64,000 nt of DNA from Chrysomallon squamiferum (GCA_012295275.1 CM022670.1:31496001-31560000); one strand, 5' to 3'. Shown: positions 22,585 to 36,678, counted from the stretch's first letter. Made by a program: numbers and translations. The notes: generated by a model from the sequence alone, not told the origin.

Positions 22585-25195
22585 CTAAGCATCATCAGGT
22601 CTCAGTTTGAACAATATGTTAATGACGTTTTCATCAGCAAGTGTGGAGGTGTCTCCAAGATCCAGGTCACCCACAGCTACCTTTCGCAGAATGCGTCTCA
22701 TTATTTTACCAGATCTTGTTTTTGGCAATGCAGGTGCATTCTGGATGAAGTCGGGCTGTGCAAAGGGCCCAATTTTTGTTCTCACTGAAATACATGTATT
22801 ATAAGTTGTCATTTTAAAAGTGATTTTAATTATATTTATTATTCTTTTATTCTTTTTATTTCTTGTAAAAACCAATTCTATTTTATATAGGCTATTAATG
22901 TCAGTGTAACATTATAGAAACCAATGAAATAGTCATCCAACTTTTATCATATCTGAAGCTCAAATAAAAAAAGCATTCCTGTAGCTGGTGTGTCGTTATA
23001 TGTAAATACACAGACAGACAGGCGTATATATGGATTCCTTAGCCAGAAAAACATGGAATAAATAAATTACAGAATGATTATCTGCTAAAAAGTATCTTTA
23101 AAAACCCACACAAAACAGTTGGGGAAATTATTTTATGGGTAACGTATTATTTTTGACTTTACCCATATTTTGTAAATTTTGTATTTACCCATATTCTTCA
23201 GTTCCTGCAATAGATTATCGTTGAAACGATATCCCTGAAAAATAAAGAATCTGTCACATGACTGCAAAAACTGTAATTCAATAAAATGGTTTTTTTTTTT
23301 TTTACCTATTCACAATGATCTCCTAAATAAGGATATATAAAAATAAACATTTTGTGGTAAAATTATTCGTCCCATGCCAGAAACAAAATTCAGTCCTACA
23401 AATTAAATTACAAAGGTTACTGAAAATGAAATAATCTGAAAATAACCGACATTATTTTCATAAACTAGTGTTACTCACTTGAATGAAGTAACATTAAATA
23501 CACAAGTATTACTGACAGTTATGTGTTGTGAAAAATATAAACTATACACTAACTGTTTAAAACCAGTTCTTACTTCTTTCAGAGTGACAAAACAGTATAT
23601 GCAGTCACCCTTTATATCATGTGGGTGGGAAACCGATGCTGCCTCAGTTACAGCCTCATGCTCAATCAGAGCAGATTCCACTTCTGCTGTACTCAGTAGA
23701 TGTCCAGATACATTGACCATATCATCAATGCGTCCTGTGATCCAGATGTAGCCATCTTTATCTTGTCGTGCACCTAGTAGAATAATTGATATTATTATTT
23801 GGTATCAAATTAAAAAAATTGTTATAATAATGAAATAAAATGAAAGAAAAAAGAAAAAGCAATATTTATTGTGGAATCCCAATATATAACCTGAGGAGTT
23901 ACTGAACATAATATAAATTACCATCTCCAGTGCAATAATATCCTGGGAATTTCTTAAAGTATGTTGTTTCAAATCTCTCATGATTGCCATATACGGTTCT
24001 CATTATTCCTGGCCATGGTTGTTTAAATACCTACAAAAATATCAAAAAAAAAAAAAAAAAAATATTACTCAGAAAACTGTTTTTATCTTTCAGTTATTAA
24101 ATAAAATTTTGCAGTTATCTAATTGATTTATTTTTGTAACAATTATTTTTAATAAGTTTCTTAAAGTTTTAATTTTTAATTTTTTGTGTATGCATGATAT
24201 ATACATATAAAATTTATAAAAATAAAAATTGGGTTAAATAAATAATTACTGCTCAAATTTGTTATCTATAAAATAGTATTCATTTTACATTTTAAATGAT
24301 GTCGGTTAATTAATTGAAATTAAACCAATGCTGTTGGAAGTCAGGTTATGTCAAGATACCTTGTCTAAAGCTTTTCATATTTTAATTGACAAATAATACT
24401 TAAAATATCTAATGATTAAAAGTAAGAAAAAACTTACCAAATAACCTTCTTTGTTAGAATTCTCTGGAATTTTTTCTCCTGTTTCTGACAAAATTTCTGG
24501 GACAACTCCAAAGAATGGAAAGCACTTAATTAAAAAAATATTATTAATATTAATTTTTTAGTTTTGTTTTGTCAAGGAAATATCTGAAAGTCAGAATTAT
24601 ATAATTCAGTTATCTATGCTAATTAACCACTACCGTATAACCAAAATTTCCAAGTAAAAAAAAAGAAGTAAATAAATAAAATAGAAAACAAGGCAATACA
24701 AAAAATCAATTTACTTACTGCTGATCCAGGTTTGGTTGGTGTTGCCCCTGGCAATGGTGTTATAACATGGCCTCCCTGAAAAATATATTAGATGTATCAT
24801 GATTGTTATTTTAAAATAATATATAATGCAGAGATAAGCTGCTAAAATGTATTTATGAATATTCTATACATTATGTAATATTTATATTAATGTGATCATT
24901 ACTATTTTATAAAAAAAACCACCCAACAAATAGAGACAAGAAAAGGTTTTATGTAATGTACTTTCCATTTATTATTTACTTTTTTTGTCAGTGATACAAT
25001 GCCCAGATTTTATTAGTAGAACATAAATACTAAATCTTATAAAATAAAAGATAAAAACATACTGTTTCAGTCTGCCAGAAGGTATCTACAATTGCACATT
25101 GTTCATTGCCAACTACTCGATGATACCATAGCCAAGCCTCTGGATTAATTGGTTCTCCAACAGTTCCCAGTATTTGTAATGATTTTCTTGAATGC

Positions 25196-25274
<79 letters not shown>

Positions 25275-28200
25275 TATATATATATAATTTTTTATAGCAA
25301 AATAATTATCATTAAAAAAATAACAGATGCAAACAAATGCATATTAATGGCACGATTTAAAAAATAAACAGAACATTTTGTTTTTGTTTTTTTTGTTCCA
25401 GTTTGCTAAACAAAGTAATTAATAAAATAAAAACTAAGAATTAAGATGAAAAAAATATATATTTAAAAAAAAACAAAAAAAAAAACATATATATATTGTA
25501 AGATTCAAAATGTAAGAATTTCTAAAATTTTCCCAAAACACATTACAACAGAAACTTAATGTCTTAAAAATAGTAAGAATTGTAAGAATGAAAGTAATAT
25601 ATCAAACATACTTTGTGACAAACTCATCTCCATACTTCATCAGAGTTCGAATGGCAGTAGGAGCAGTGTAGAACTTTGTGACCTTGTATTTGTCAACAAT
25701 TTCCCAGAATCTACCAGCATCAGGGTACAGTGGAACACCCTCAAACTGGAATGTGAAATTTTTATATTAATAAGTAATGAAATAAATAAAGAAAGAAAAA
25801 CTAATATTAACTATGAAATCTTTGTATAAGATATGAATAAATGAATACCTGATGTAAACATTAACTTACAACTATTTTGAATAGTATATTCATATTTTGG
25901 GGAACTGTCTTTCTCCAATATGAAAATCAAGCTAGTTTTAAACTGATCTTCATAAATTTTAAACAGTTATTGGAGTTTTTACATTTCTAACATATGTTTG
26001 TTGCAAATAAATAAATAAATAAACTTCATCAGCTATGATTAGCAATGAGATGAAAGGAAATCTGCAAGTGATACAACCTTCCCATGTACAAAAGCAAGTA
26101 ATTATCTTTCAATATTCTTTTATAGTGCAGTTGTTTTACTGGAAAAAACTCCAAAGAGCACAATAAAATGCACTAAGGAGAAAATATCTTGCAACCCATC
26201 ATTTAAAGGTTCCAGATACATTCTGTATTTTGAAATAAGCAAAACCCAGATTTAAATAAATAAATAAACAAACAGATAAATGGGGTAAACTAGCAAAAAT
26301 AAGTTTCGTCACCTTTAAAATACCATATTACACTTACGATTATTCCTGTTGCTCCATTACATAGTGGTCCATAACAAACATATGTATGTCCTGTAATCCA
26401 TCCAACATCTGCAGTACACCAGAATACATCATCTGGATGGAAGTCAAAGACGTACTTGAATGTTGTAGAAGAATAGAGCATGTATCCTCCAACTGCATGT
26501 AAGACACCCTTAGGTTTACCCGTGGAACCACTAGCAAATATTAATCAAATAATTATGTTACTATTGAATAAATTAATTAATTAACTAATGTTTAATGACA
26601 TATCTGCACAAAATTACACTGGCTATTAAGAGTCAAAAAAACAACAACTATATTACCAAGTCAATGAAAATACTCACATGAATTCAGCACTAACAAATTA
26701 ATTGGGTATTCATTAATGTTCCAAATAATTAAAGTAAAGCATAAAGTGTTTTTGTTAGAATTAATTGTATTCTGTTGTTCACAACCATTTTTCTTCAAAT
26801 ATTTTAAAAAGTTTAATGTTTTTGTTTCAGTCTTTATAAGAATTATATTTAAAGGTTGGTTTTTCTAAATCAAATTATGAAAAGTAAAATATCAGACCTA
26901 ACCTAGTATAAAGCATAAAAAGAGGATCTTCTGCGTCCATCCATTCTGGCTCACAAACAGGAGACGACTCTGCCATCTGTTCGTGCCACCAAACATCACG
27001 CTCAGAGTTCCAGCTAATCTGAAAATTACCAGTGACAATATTAAATAAATTTATTTATTTATTTATATATTTTTGTTCACACAATACCGGCTTGATCAAT
27101 TAAAGTTGTTTCTAACTGCTTTTGATTAATTAATATTACATTACAAATGTTTCAGCTGCAAATTGAAAAAAAAAATATATAATTAAAAAAAACTTAAAGG
27201 AGTATTATGAGATCACATTTAAAACACTAGCTTTTAATTTTTTTTTTTTTAAATCATAATTTTAAATCATACAGTCATTTATTTTGGGCTTTTTTTTTTT
27301 ACATTATAAGATGATTTAAAAATAAAATGAAAAAGAATAATGATGATGATAATAATAATAAAGTCACTGTTTAATTAGGAATGTAATGACATGAATAACA
27401 TTTTACCTTGAATTTTGCATATGGTCTTTTAGCTGGAGGTTCATCACCATTGATACTTTGATCCACAATGACCTCATCTTCTGGACTCAAATGTCTGACC
27501 ACAATGCATTTTTCTACTTTGTGGCCCCTGCCAGAAAATTGTTTTATGTTAATTGAAAAAACATTGTTTATTCAATTTTATTTTTAAATCATATTATCAG
27601 TAAAGATAAAAATGATTCAAGTAAATATATAAAAAAGAGAAACTATGTTACTGAAAGAAAAAAAAAAGAAAAACCCACAGAAAGAAATTACAAAACAAAA
27701 GTTTATATTCACATATTTAATAATAAAATTTGTTTAAATGCCGAGTATTAATGGCATTTTATTTATTTATTTTTAGAATTAATATTTAACTTAAAAATAA
27801 AAAAGAACCGTTACAAAATATTTTTTATGAATATTTACACAGAATTACCTTTCATTACACAAGTCAATTGCATCATCAACAATTTTTTTGAGATTCAGCA
27901 ACTTTGTACCTCTCCATACACCATCTACGTAAATTATTCAAATTTTGATAATTAGGTTTAAAAATAATACAATTCTATATGCTAAATATATCACTATAAT
28001 TGAGAAAACAAATTATTTTAAGTATATGACATTAATATTACTATTTTATTAGTCATAACATCTACTAATAATACAGTAATAAAAGAATATAACAAAAAAA
28101 AAAACATTTTGTTGAAAACTTTTACAATTTATTTATAATTTATCAAATTAAAAAAGACAATTTCAGACAAATATATTAAAAGTATTTTGTTTACTATGTT

Positions 28201-29909
28201 CCATGTTAGTCCATAAAATAATAATCAAAACAAAAAAAAAAAACAGAAGAAAAAATAATTGTAACAAGTATTTAGTAATAAAATTGTTAATATTTTATAC
28301 AAACTGTAACTGTGAAATCATCTGAAGATTTCAGAAATGTAAAAAATATATTACATAAAATCATTAACAATAGGGTTTTACTGATTAAAAATATAAACTT
28401 TAACAGTTTTATTGAAATGATTTATAATTTGCCATGCACAAATACAAAAATCATTATAGTGAAAAAGAAATAAGTTCAACTGTATTAATGTAAAAATATT
28501 AATACTTCTTAAATAATTCTTAATTAGTGATAAATTTTAAAAACTGAAGCATCTAAAAGGTATTTGTCAACCTGTCTATGTTAAGAAAATTATTACTGAA
28601 AACAATTAAACTACACATGTATATAATTAGATTTAAAAATGTGAAAACCAGGTAACAGATATAATAAAGAGTAAATCAAAGGATTACATAAAATAAACAA
28701 AATAAATGTTTGAGGTAATTGCAGAGTATTTATTTATTTAAATCTCAGTAAACAAGAATAATGAAGCTTTTAAACAAAGATATAAAAACTGATTCTATAA
28801 AGAAAAAAAACTGTTCCTCTCATCAAACATGAAAATACTTCAAGCAGAATACTCTTACAAAAAGCAAAACAATGAGGTATATAAATATCAATCCACCACC
28901 AATACCTGTGAAAGATTAGCATATTTATTGAAGCAATCCAGCACAGTGATAATATTGTAAAGATTTAAAACATCTAATCTTTAAAAGGTAATTACCGTAT
29001 ATACTTGTGTACAAGGCGACCTTATGTATAAGTCGATGTGTATTTTAAGACCAAAAATTGCGTCATTTTAGGTATTACTTGTGTATAAGTTGACTGTAGA
29101 TTCCAGGCACCGTCACTATTTTTAGACCAGTGTGACAGTGCCATGAAGGCCTACATTGTATGCCTACTGTAATATAACTTGCATGAGCTGTAACTTGCAT
29201 GTGCAATTCAAAGTAAGATAATTTCGGAACCTCAGCAATATTTTTTTCGGTCAAAACTCTGCTACAAGACATGCCCCCGATCCTATTCCTAGCGCGCTAA
29301 TTGGCCGAGGCTTCGCGCACTTGGCAACCGACTAGAATAACAAACATGGCGAGAAGTTGAACTGATTTTTGTTGCAGAACGTTTATAGAAATTTAGTTTG
29401 TCGGTAGTGGATATTAATGACGATTGCAATATTATTTCACCAAATTCTTTACAATTACACAAGTGAGTTTTGTTTATGAAATTAGGACCGATATTTAGTG
29501 CAATTTGGCAGAGAAGTCTGCATTCCTAGATCATTGCACGACGCCGTAAGGCATAACGCCGTACTGACGGTTTTCTCGCTTTAAAATGTATTGTTATGTC
29601 ATTAAACGGAAGAATATCATGTTTTACATTCATATTTGGTTTTGTTATTTAATTTTTCAAAAATTTTTATACGATAAAATTATATTTTTGAAAAGCTGAA
29701 AGACCGCGATTATTTTAGATGCATCCCGTAGCAAAAAATAGTCAAAATGGCGACTCTTCAGCAACAGCTACAAAAGCATTACCTATGTATAAGTCATCCC
29801 CACAATATTACCTTAATATAGTCTCCCAAAAATTCAACTTATACACAAGTATATACGGTATATACTCCTCTTTAAATATTATATCAGTAGTAACTGTAAT
29901 ATCTATTTT

Positions 29910-29953
<44 letters not shown>

Positions 29954-31616
29954 ACAAAAACATTTATAAACTGTAAAGAGATTCATTAACTTATTCATAT
30001 ATCACACCTAACAGCAGATGTAATCATTCAGTCATTATTAATGTAATAACAGAATTTAAAACAGCAAAAAATATATTTATATATATATATAAAAAAAAAA
30101 TAAACACCAGCATGATAATCAGTAGGTCCCTACACATTACTAAGTGTTAAAATCCAACTACAATCTCCTTCTTCTTGTTGATTTGTTAACAAAGGAAAAC
30201 CAGATATAATACAGTTAATATACTGAACCATGTTTGTGTTTGACTCAATTACTCCATTACTTTAAATGCATCAGACTGAAAAATATGTCATATTACAGAG
30301 CTTCATGCAGAATTACAGAGCACTTACTGTGTTACAAAAATAGAAACCATTTTTAATTCTGAATCAGTACATGTATTTAAAAAAAATGTATCAACACTGA
30401 AATTATTGTAGATAAATTATATATGGTTTATATCTGCCACAAACATAAAATCTGACACAGATCAGAATGAATTAGCATTTGGTGTGCAACCAAAAAATAA
30501 TAATTAAAACATTTCACAACACACTGCCTTATTTTGACATTCACATCCAATTATCAGCTGATGTACTTAATTGACTTCAGTTCATCAGGTGATAACTGTC
30601 CGATTATATGTTAGAAATTAATATGACATGTTTACAGGACGTGATCTGCTTGAGGTACAGAAAAAAAATAAAAAGATTTTTATCAAAATCTGTGTAAAAA
30701 ATGCTATGATAAATTGTGTGTTGTCTGAAAAAAAGAAAAGTATTTTTTTTTTTATTAACAGTATACCAAATTTTAATTTCAGTGTATTGATTAGAACCTT
30801 TCTTTTAAAATAAATGGCACATGGCTATAGGTTTGTATTAAAATATTGGAGCCATCAAAAATAAAACATCAGTAAAAACACACTAAACATATGTTTCCTT
30901 TATTATTTATTTTCCTTTTTGTTTAAATCTGTTAAAAAGAAACTCCACTTTTTAAACATTTAATTATATAAATTGCAAGTTTCAAACAAAAAGTGAACAC
31001 ACTAACCCACATTTTAGGACATACTTAGACACTTATAGGAATAAAATTTCATTTTAAATATATCAGCATATTTTACACTTTTTACTGTGGCTATTACTGT
31101 ACCAGCAATTAAATATTAATTCTCTAAAGACATACCATTTAAAAAAATAAAAAACAAAAATTCTCACAATCATGCCACAAGCTAAAGAGAAAACAAAAAA
31201 GAAAGATTTATTTAATAAAGGCAATTTACAAAAACACTTTCAATGTGAAGTGTAAATGCAGCTATTAAATTTTTTTGAAACTTTCATGGCTTCTGAGTGC
31301 TCATTTATGAAGACCAACAATTTTGGATCTAAAATATTCTTCTGCATATCAAAAGCAATTTTTGAAAATTTTATAGCCAAACTTTTTAAGAGCACACACC
31401 TGATGTAATTATTGCTCTACATTTGGCATCAATCACTCGATTGGATAAGGATTCTGAAGAAAACCCAGCAAACTAGAAAAAGAAATAATTTGGTTAACAC
31501 AAAATTAAACATAATACACCAATCAACACCAGCTGTACTAAGAGAAAAATGGCAGTAAACATGACTGTTAAAAAAGTAATTCACTACAATGTTAGTTCAA
31601 AAATAAAAAATAAATA

Positions 31617-31666
<50 letters not shown>

Positions 31667-34600
31667 CAACAATAATAAAATATAAATAAATAAAGTCAAA
31701 CAGAGAATACAGAAAACAAATATGTTTTTTTAGGCAAGCTCTTTTATGGTTTTCTTACTATTTGACATTTCCTTCATGTTACTGGTGAGCTACAGATAAC
31801 TTGAAGAAACAGTAGCCCATAATTAAAACAAAAAAGAATTGCTCATTTACATATTAAAAAATAATTAAAAAAAACATTCCCTGACTATATCTCTGAAAAT
31901 AAACTATCAAGGCAGTTTGCAGTTAAATTCCTAATGAATAAAATAAACAAATTAATGCATACTAAAATAAAATCTTCTGAAAAAGACATTATAGGGTGAA
32001 AAATAAGAAAAACTGTAATTCAGGGTATAAAGACTGGATCATTTTAAATTATTTTTATTTTTAGATAATTCCTATAGAAACGTTATGATGATAAAATTCT
32101 TTTGACAGTAAGAAGTTTATTCAAATCTGAATATTGATTATTTATACTTTTCAGATACATCATACAGGCATCTAAAATGAAAAAAAAAAAAAAAAAATTA
32201 TAATAACCATTGCTGTTTGAACTACATTATTATATAAAACATCAACAGATTAACAAAATCCTTGATGTATGAAAACATGAGAACAAAATTGGTTAAAAGC
32301 ATGCAAAACAAGCTGGTTAACAGAAAGCACACAAGCAGGGTATTAACTAATTGCATATATGAAAGTAGATCTGACAAAATCAAAGAAAATACTGATTAAA
32401 AAATAATATTAAATTTCAATTTCGAAAAATTATTTCCTTTAATTCTGTTATTTAAATCCAATTTTCTTATAGATTATTTATTAAATTACTGGAATATGAA
32501 CCATTTAGGCATGTCAACATTTGTATGATCTGGGTAACAATACAAAGAAAAGGGTTTTTTTTAAATTCAAGAAATTATAAATGCTGTAACAAATATATAT
32601 TAATTTTAATATTTAAATTTCTTTTCAAAAATAATCCAAATCATACAACTTCCATTCAGATCTAGGTATAAAAAAGGAAAGAAAAGAAAAAGAATTACTA
32701 AAGATATGGCTAACCTCCTACTAACAAAATCTTTGCTTGACCATCACAAATGCGTTGAGCAAGTGAGAGATCAGAATAGCCACCAAACTAAAAAATAGTA
32801 AATAGTTAAAAGAATAGAAGAAAATGTTAATATTAATGTATATCAAACTAGTATTGTTAGTCAGATACATGTCCACTATAGAGACTAATGAAACGAATGT
32901 AATTTTATCAATAGTATCCAAAATAAAACAAACAGGAGACTACTGCCCTTTGTAGATGTTAATCTGTAACTATAAAAGTAAATTCTGGAGTGTTTCAATT
33001 TTTTTCAGAATTTCAACAAAGAGTTTAATATGATTTACTTTTCTAACTTTATATGAAATGGAATGATGCATACATACATGCATTAACCCCATAAAAAGAA
33101 AAAAAAGAAAATCAAAATATTAAGTTTAAAAAAAGAGAAAGATACAACATTTACTGACAACAGAATTTTCATTATTATCCTAGTTATTTCTACTTCAGGT
33201 ATAAACAAAACAGACCAATTATTAAATATATAAGGATAATTTATATAAATTCACATATATATAACTTATGTCACATAAAATGTAAATTACTTTCATTTTA
33301 GTTTACTGTGAAATTTTAAGAAATCTTACAAAGCATATTTATATATTTTTTTTAAATAAACTTTATTTAGTAAGGTGTTTTAATTATTCACATTATAATC
33401 ATTATCATGATCATTAGTATTATAATAATTATTTCATGATTAATTTAACTGACACAAATAATGACAGCTGTAAAATATTTATTCCTTACCACGATGGAAT
33501 GAATAGCACCAATTCTAGCACAAGCCAGGAGAGCAACAGAAAGTTCTATAATCATGGGCATATAGATGGCTATACGGTCACCTTTTTTTATACCTAAAAC
33601 AAAAAAACAAAAACAAAAAATTTAAAATTTTCTATGTATTGTTGCTACTGAGACAAAAGTTTCAAATTATAAAATTGTTTAAAATAATAATAATAATAAT
33701 AATAATTTTCAAAATGAAAACAAAATTTTAACAACTTTATTTTAATTTTATTTAATTAAAACATGTTCCATTTCATTATAATTAAGCCTTTCATAAACGA
33801 TGTTTTTAAAGTGGTGTAACAAAAAGGTTTTTCTGTACAGTTATTAACAAATAAAAGATAAATCATAGCATATATTTATATCAACTCACCAAATGATTTC
33901 AAGACATTGGCAAATTTACACACCTCTTCCAGAAGCTTGCTATAAGTGATCTGCCTATGATCTGTTGGATTGTTACCCTCCCTAAAAATAAAATAATTTG
34001 TGTATTTTAATAGTCAATATTATTCAGCAACATCAAATATTCTGTACTCAAAAGAAACTGTATTAGGTATTATCAAATTGCTGACCTTTTTAAAATATAA
34101 AATTAATAAAATGCCCTACCTTTTAAACATTTTTTATTAGCATATTACATTATAAACAGCATTTGATATATTTTTGTTATAGCTCTAAAGCTAAATCCAT
34201 AAATCTCCATCTGAAAGTGTAATTTTCAAAACAAGTCAAATGAAATAATAATAATGATAATTCAGTTATGAATGAAATGCAGCCTTTTTCTGATAAGAAA
34301 ACTGGCACAAATCAAAATAAATTTACTTAATATATTTTTATCTTCAAAATATATTCATTGACATTTCTCAAATATATCTATTAAATGCATTTTTTCAATA
34401 AAAATGTTATTTCATTTCAGCATTGCAGAAAAGTTTATTTTCATGAAATACATACACGTATATTAATTTCAAAAAGTTATCTTTGACTGGATTTATTTAC
34501 ATAAATTTAAGTCTTTTTTCTTTCTTTCTTCATTACACAAAACAGTCTGGCTGATCACTGTTGAACACCAAGTTATCTTCAAACAGTTTATATCTTTTAC

Positions 34601-36189
34601 ATCTTTTTAAATAACCACAATGTTAATTTTGACTTTGATATTAATTATTGTATTTATTTTTATATAGTAATTAATATTTAAAAGAAACAAACAAATAAAA
34701 AATATATATGTATATTATTATATATAATTTGAAATGAACATCCATTTAAAAATATAAAAAAATGCTTTGCTTTAATTTAAAATAAGTGTACACTCAAGCT
34801 GCAACACTAAATTAAACAAAAGGATCCTGCTTGTACCATAGACCGTAACTTGTACTGCCTACAGAATGTCAGATATTTATACAAATATATATATATAAGT
34901 AAAAAAAATTATATTTTAAAAACACATGTATACAGATAATACACATATGACTATGGGTAAAAGCATCATTTAATTTTTATTATTATTTTCTTTTAAAAAG
35001 AAACATCAACAAATAAAAGTTTATCACTAAATAAATAAATCATTAACAAGTGACTTTTCCTTTCTATTAGTAATAAAGGTAAAAACAAGTAATTACAATT
35101 AAGGTACATGTGTCATATTAATGTCCTAAAAGTTAAAACTGCTGGAATTATAACATACAAAACAATCTTGATCTTAAAAGTTAGCTTTATGTCAAGCTTT
35201 TTCTGTTATCAAAGCATTATATAAGTTTAGACACATACATATATGTGTACTTTAATAAATCTTTCTGGTTGAACTATATATATATATATAAAAATGCACA
35301 ATTAAGTAAGTACAAATGAACACTGTTGCATATATCAAACAGTTCTAAATGTATACACATAAACAGGCCTACACAAACACACACATTACAATTATTTTTT
35401 TAAAATTTAATTTCAGTTATTTAAAATGGTTAACATTAGCAAAATAATAATAATAAATAAGGTCATGGCTCCTGGATTGGTCAATATTTGCTTAATACTA
35501 TCTTTAAACATACACTGATATTAACTATAATAATGAAGATTATACTATTTTTATAGTATAAATAAAATTAATAAATTGACAATTAACAATAAATACAATT
35601 ATATTACACAGTAAATCTTCAATAAAACATATCCATTATAATGATTATTCAAAAATAAAAAAATAAAAAGGACTTATACATGATGTACAACTAACTGAAT
35701 GATAATGGATACAATTTTAAATTATGTGTAAATTGTTAATACTAATATAGTAATATTAAAACTTAAAAGGCCGTATTTAAAAGAGGGGGTGGGGAAATAG
35801 AGTTATTAACTTATTATGATTATAATATATTTATCGATTACAACCAAATGTTCTTACCAGTAAAATGCAACTTTGTCACCAAGGCCATTTTTCACGTGTC
35901 TGTCGACTGCATTATAACAAATATTTGTTGTTGCACCTTTCATCCACCTTATATAGATAGGTCCTTTTCTTATGTCAAAATTGAACTCGAAAAATTTGCC
36001 AATTGAAAAACTCTTCCAATAAAATTGTTCTGCAATGTTCCCCCAAAATTCTTCGGGATTGTCAACAGATTTCTTATACATCTGTCTGTACTGCTGCATT
36101 GATTTAATGTGTGCATCATTGCGTATGTCCTTCGGAGGGCTGAAAACATCCATGTCAATAAAATTATTGGCCAGAGTGTCGGCCATCAT
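22585..36189 (-). CDS. ACSS2: Acetyl-CoA synthetase, cytoplasmic type (ACSS2-like), 16 exons with alternative exon 4
   Basis: Exons: 35858-36189, 33890-33981, 33490-33593, [32715-32787 OR 31400-31472], 27849-27924, 27407-27527, 26903-27018, 26338-26530, 25612-25745, 25063-25195, 24719-24775, 24438-24524, 23922-24030, 23574-23773, 23189-23234, 22585-22784. Motifs [43 protein letters not shown] and [12 protein letters not shown]. No obvious mitochondrial presequence. Confidence 0.96.
25198..25285. repeat. Compound (TA)n(CA)n(TA)n microsatellite abutting an ACSS2 splice acceptor
   Basis: Directly visible. Ends a few nt from the AG of exon 25063-25195. Confidence 0.95.
28995..29858. mobile_element. 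Non-autonomous Tc1/mariner-pogo type DNA transposon (864 bp) in an ACSS2 intron
   Basis: TIR CCGTATATACTTGTGTA...TACACAAGTATATACGG, 17 bp perfect and extending with mismatches. TA on both sides (28993-94 and 29859-60). Internal TGTATAAGT subrepeats, CpG-rich interior, no transposase ORF. Confidence 0.85.
31400..31472 (-). CDS. ACSS2: ACSS2 mutually exclusive exon 4b ([24 protein letters not shown])
   Basis: 73 nt, phase 0 to 1, acceptor tctttttctag and donor gtgtgt. Closest to vertebrate ACSS2 FAGFSSESL. Confidence 0.92.
31621..31676. repeat. (AAT)n/(AAC)n microsatellite
   Basis: Directly visible. Confidence 0.9.
32715..32787 (-). CDS. ACSS2: ACSS2 mutually exclusive exon 4a ([24 protein letters not shown])
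   Basis: 73 nt, phase 0 to 1, acceptor tattttttag and donor gttagc. Open frame homologous to exon 4b. Confidence 0.85.
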
Positions 36190-36229
36190 CAGAAAACACA
36201 CTTCAAAGCTAGCACCGCTTTAAAGAACT

Positions 36230-36256
36230 GTTCATTCGATTGGCTAGTTTTTTCTT

Positions 36257-36297
<41 letters not shown>

Positions 36298-36540
36298 AAA
36301 TAAGATGAATTCTGATTGGTCAAAAATATCACCTAATCAATCGCCTTATTAACCTACATTTAATGTGTATACTAGCCCTTAAGCAACCAAAAAAGTATAC
36401 CAAAAATGGCGAACAGTTCCAGTGTGGATTTTTTTTTATTAGTATGAAGGCTGCCATGTCCGAAGTTACTTAACAGACATTTCAATTTTGTACCTCTATA
36501 CCCTTTTGGCGACCATCTTTAAAGATGGTCATTCGACTTC
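36230..36540. promoter_or_regulatory. ACSS2 proximal promoter
   Basis: Two CCAAT boxes on the minus strand (GATTGG near 36238 and 36314), YY1-like AAAATGGCG near 36403, and a 20-bp palindrome at 36511-36530. Confidence 0.45.
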
Positions 36541-36678
36541 TTCCAAAATAGTGGATATAATCATATATGTCAAATGTCTATAACTCTCAACCATTTTTAA
36601 AAGGAACATGCAATCTGTATTAGTTTGTTCTATTTAACATTTTGCACATGCTGATATATAATTATTCATATTTATATG

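Noticed and set aside
30570-30590. CTGATGA on the minus strand as a hammerhead ribozyme core or box C
   Set aside because: No GAAA follows a stem II and there is no suitably spaced box D. The motif is buried in a simple hairpin.
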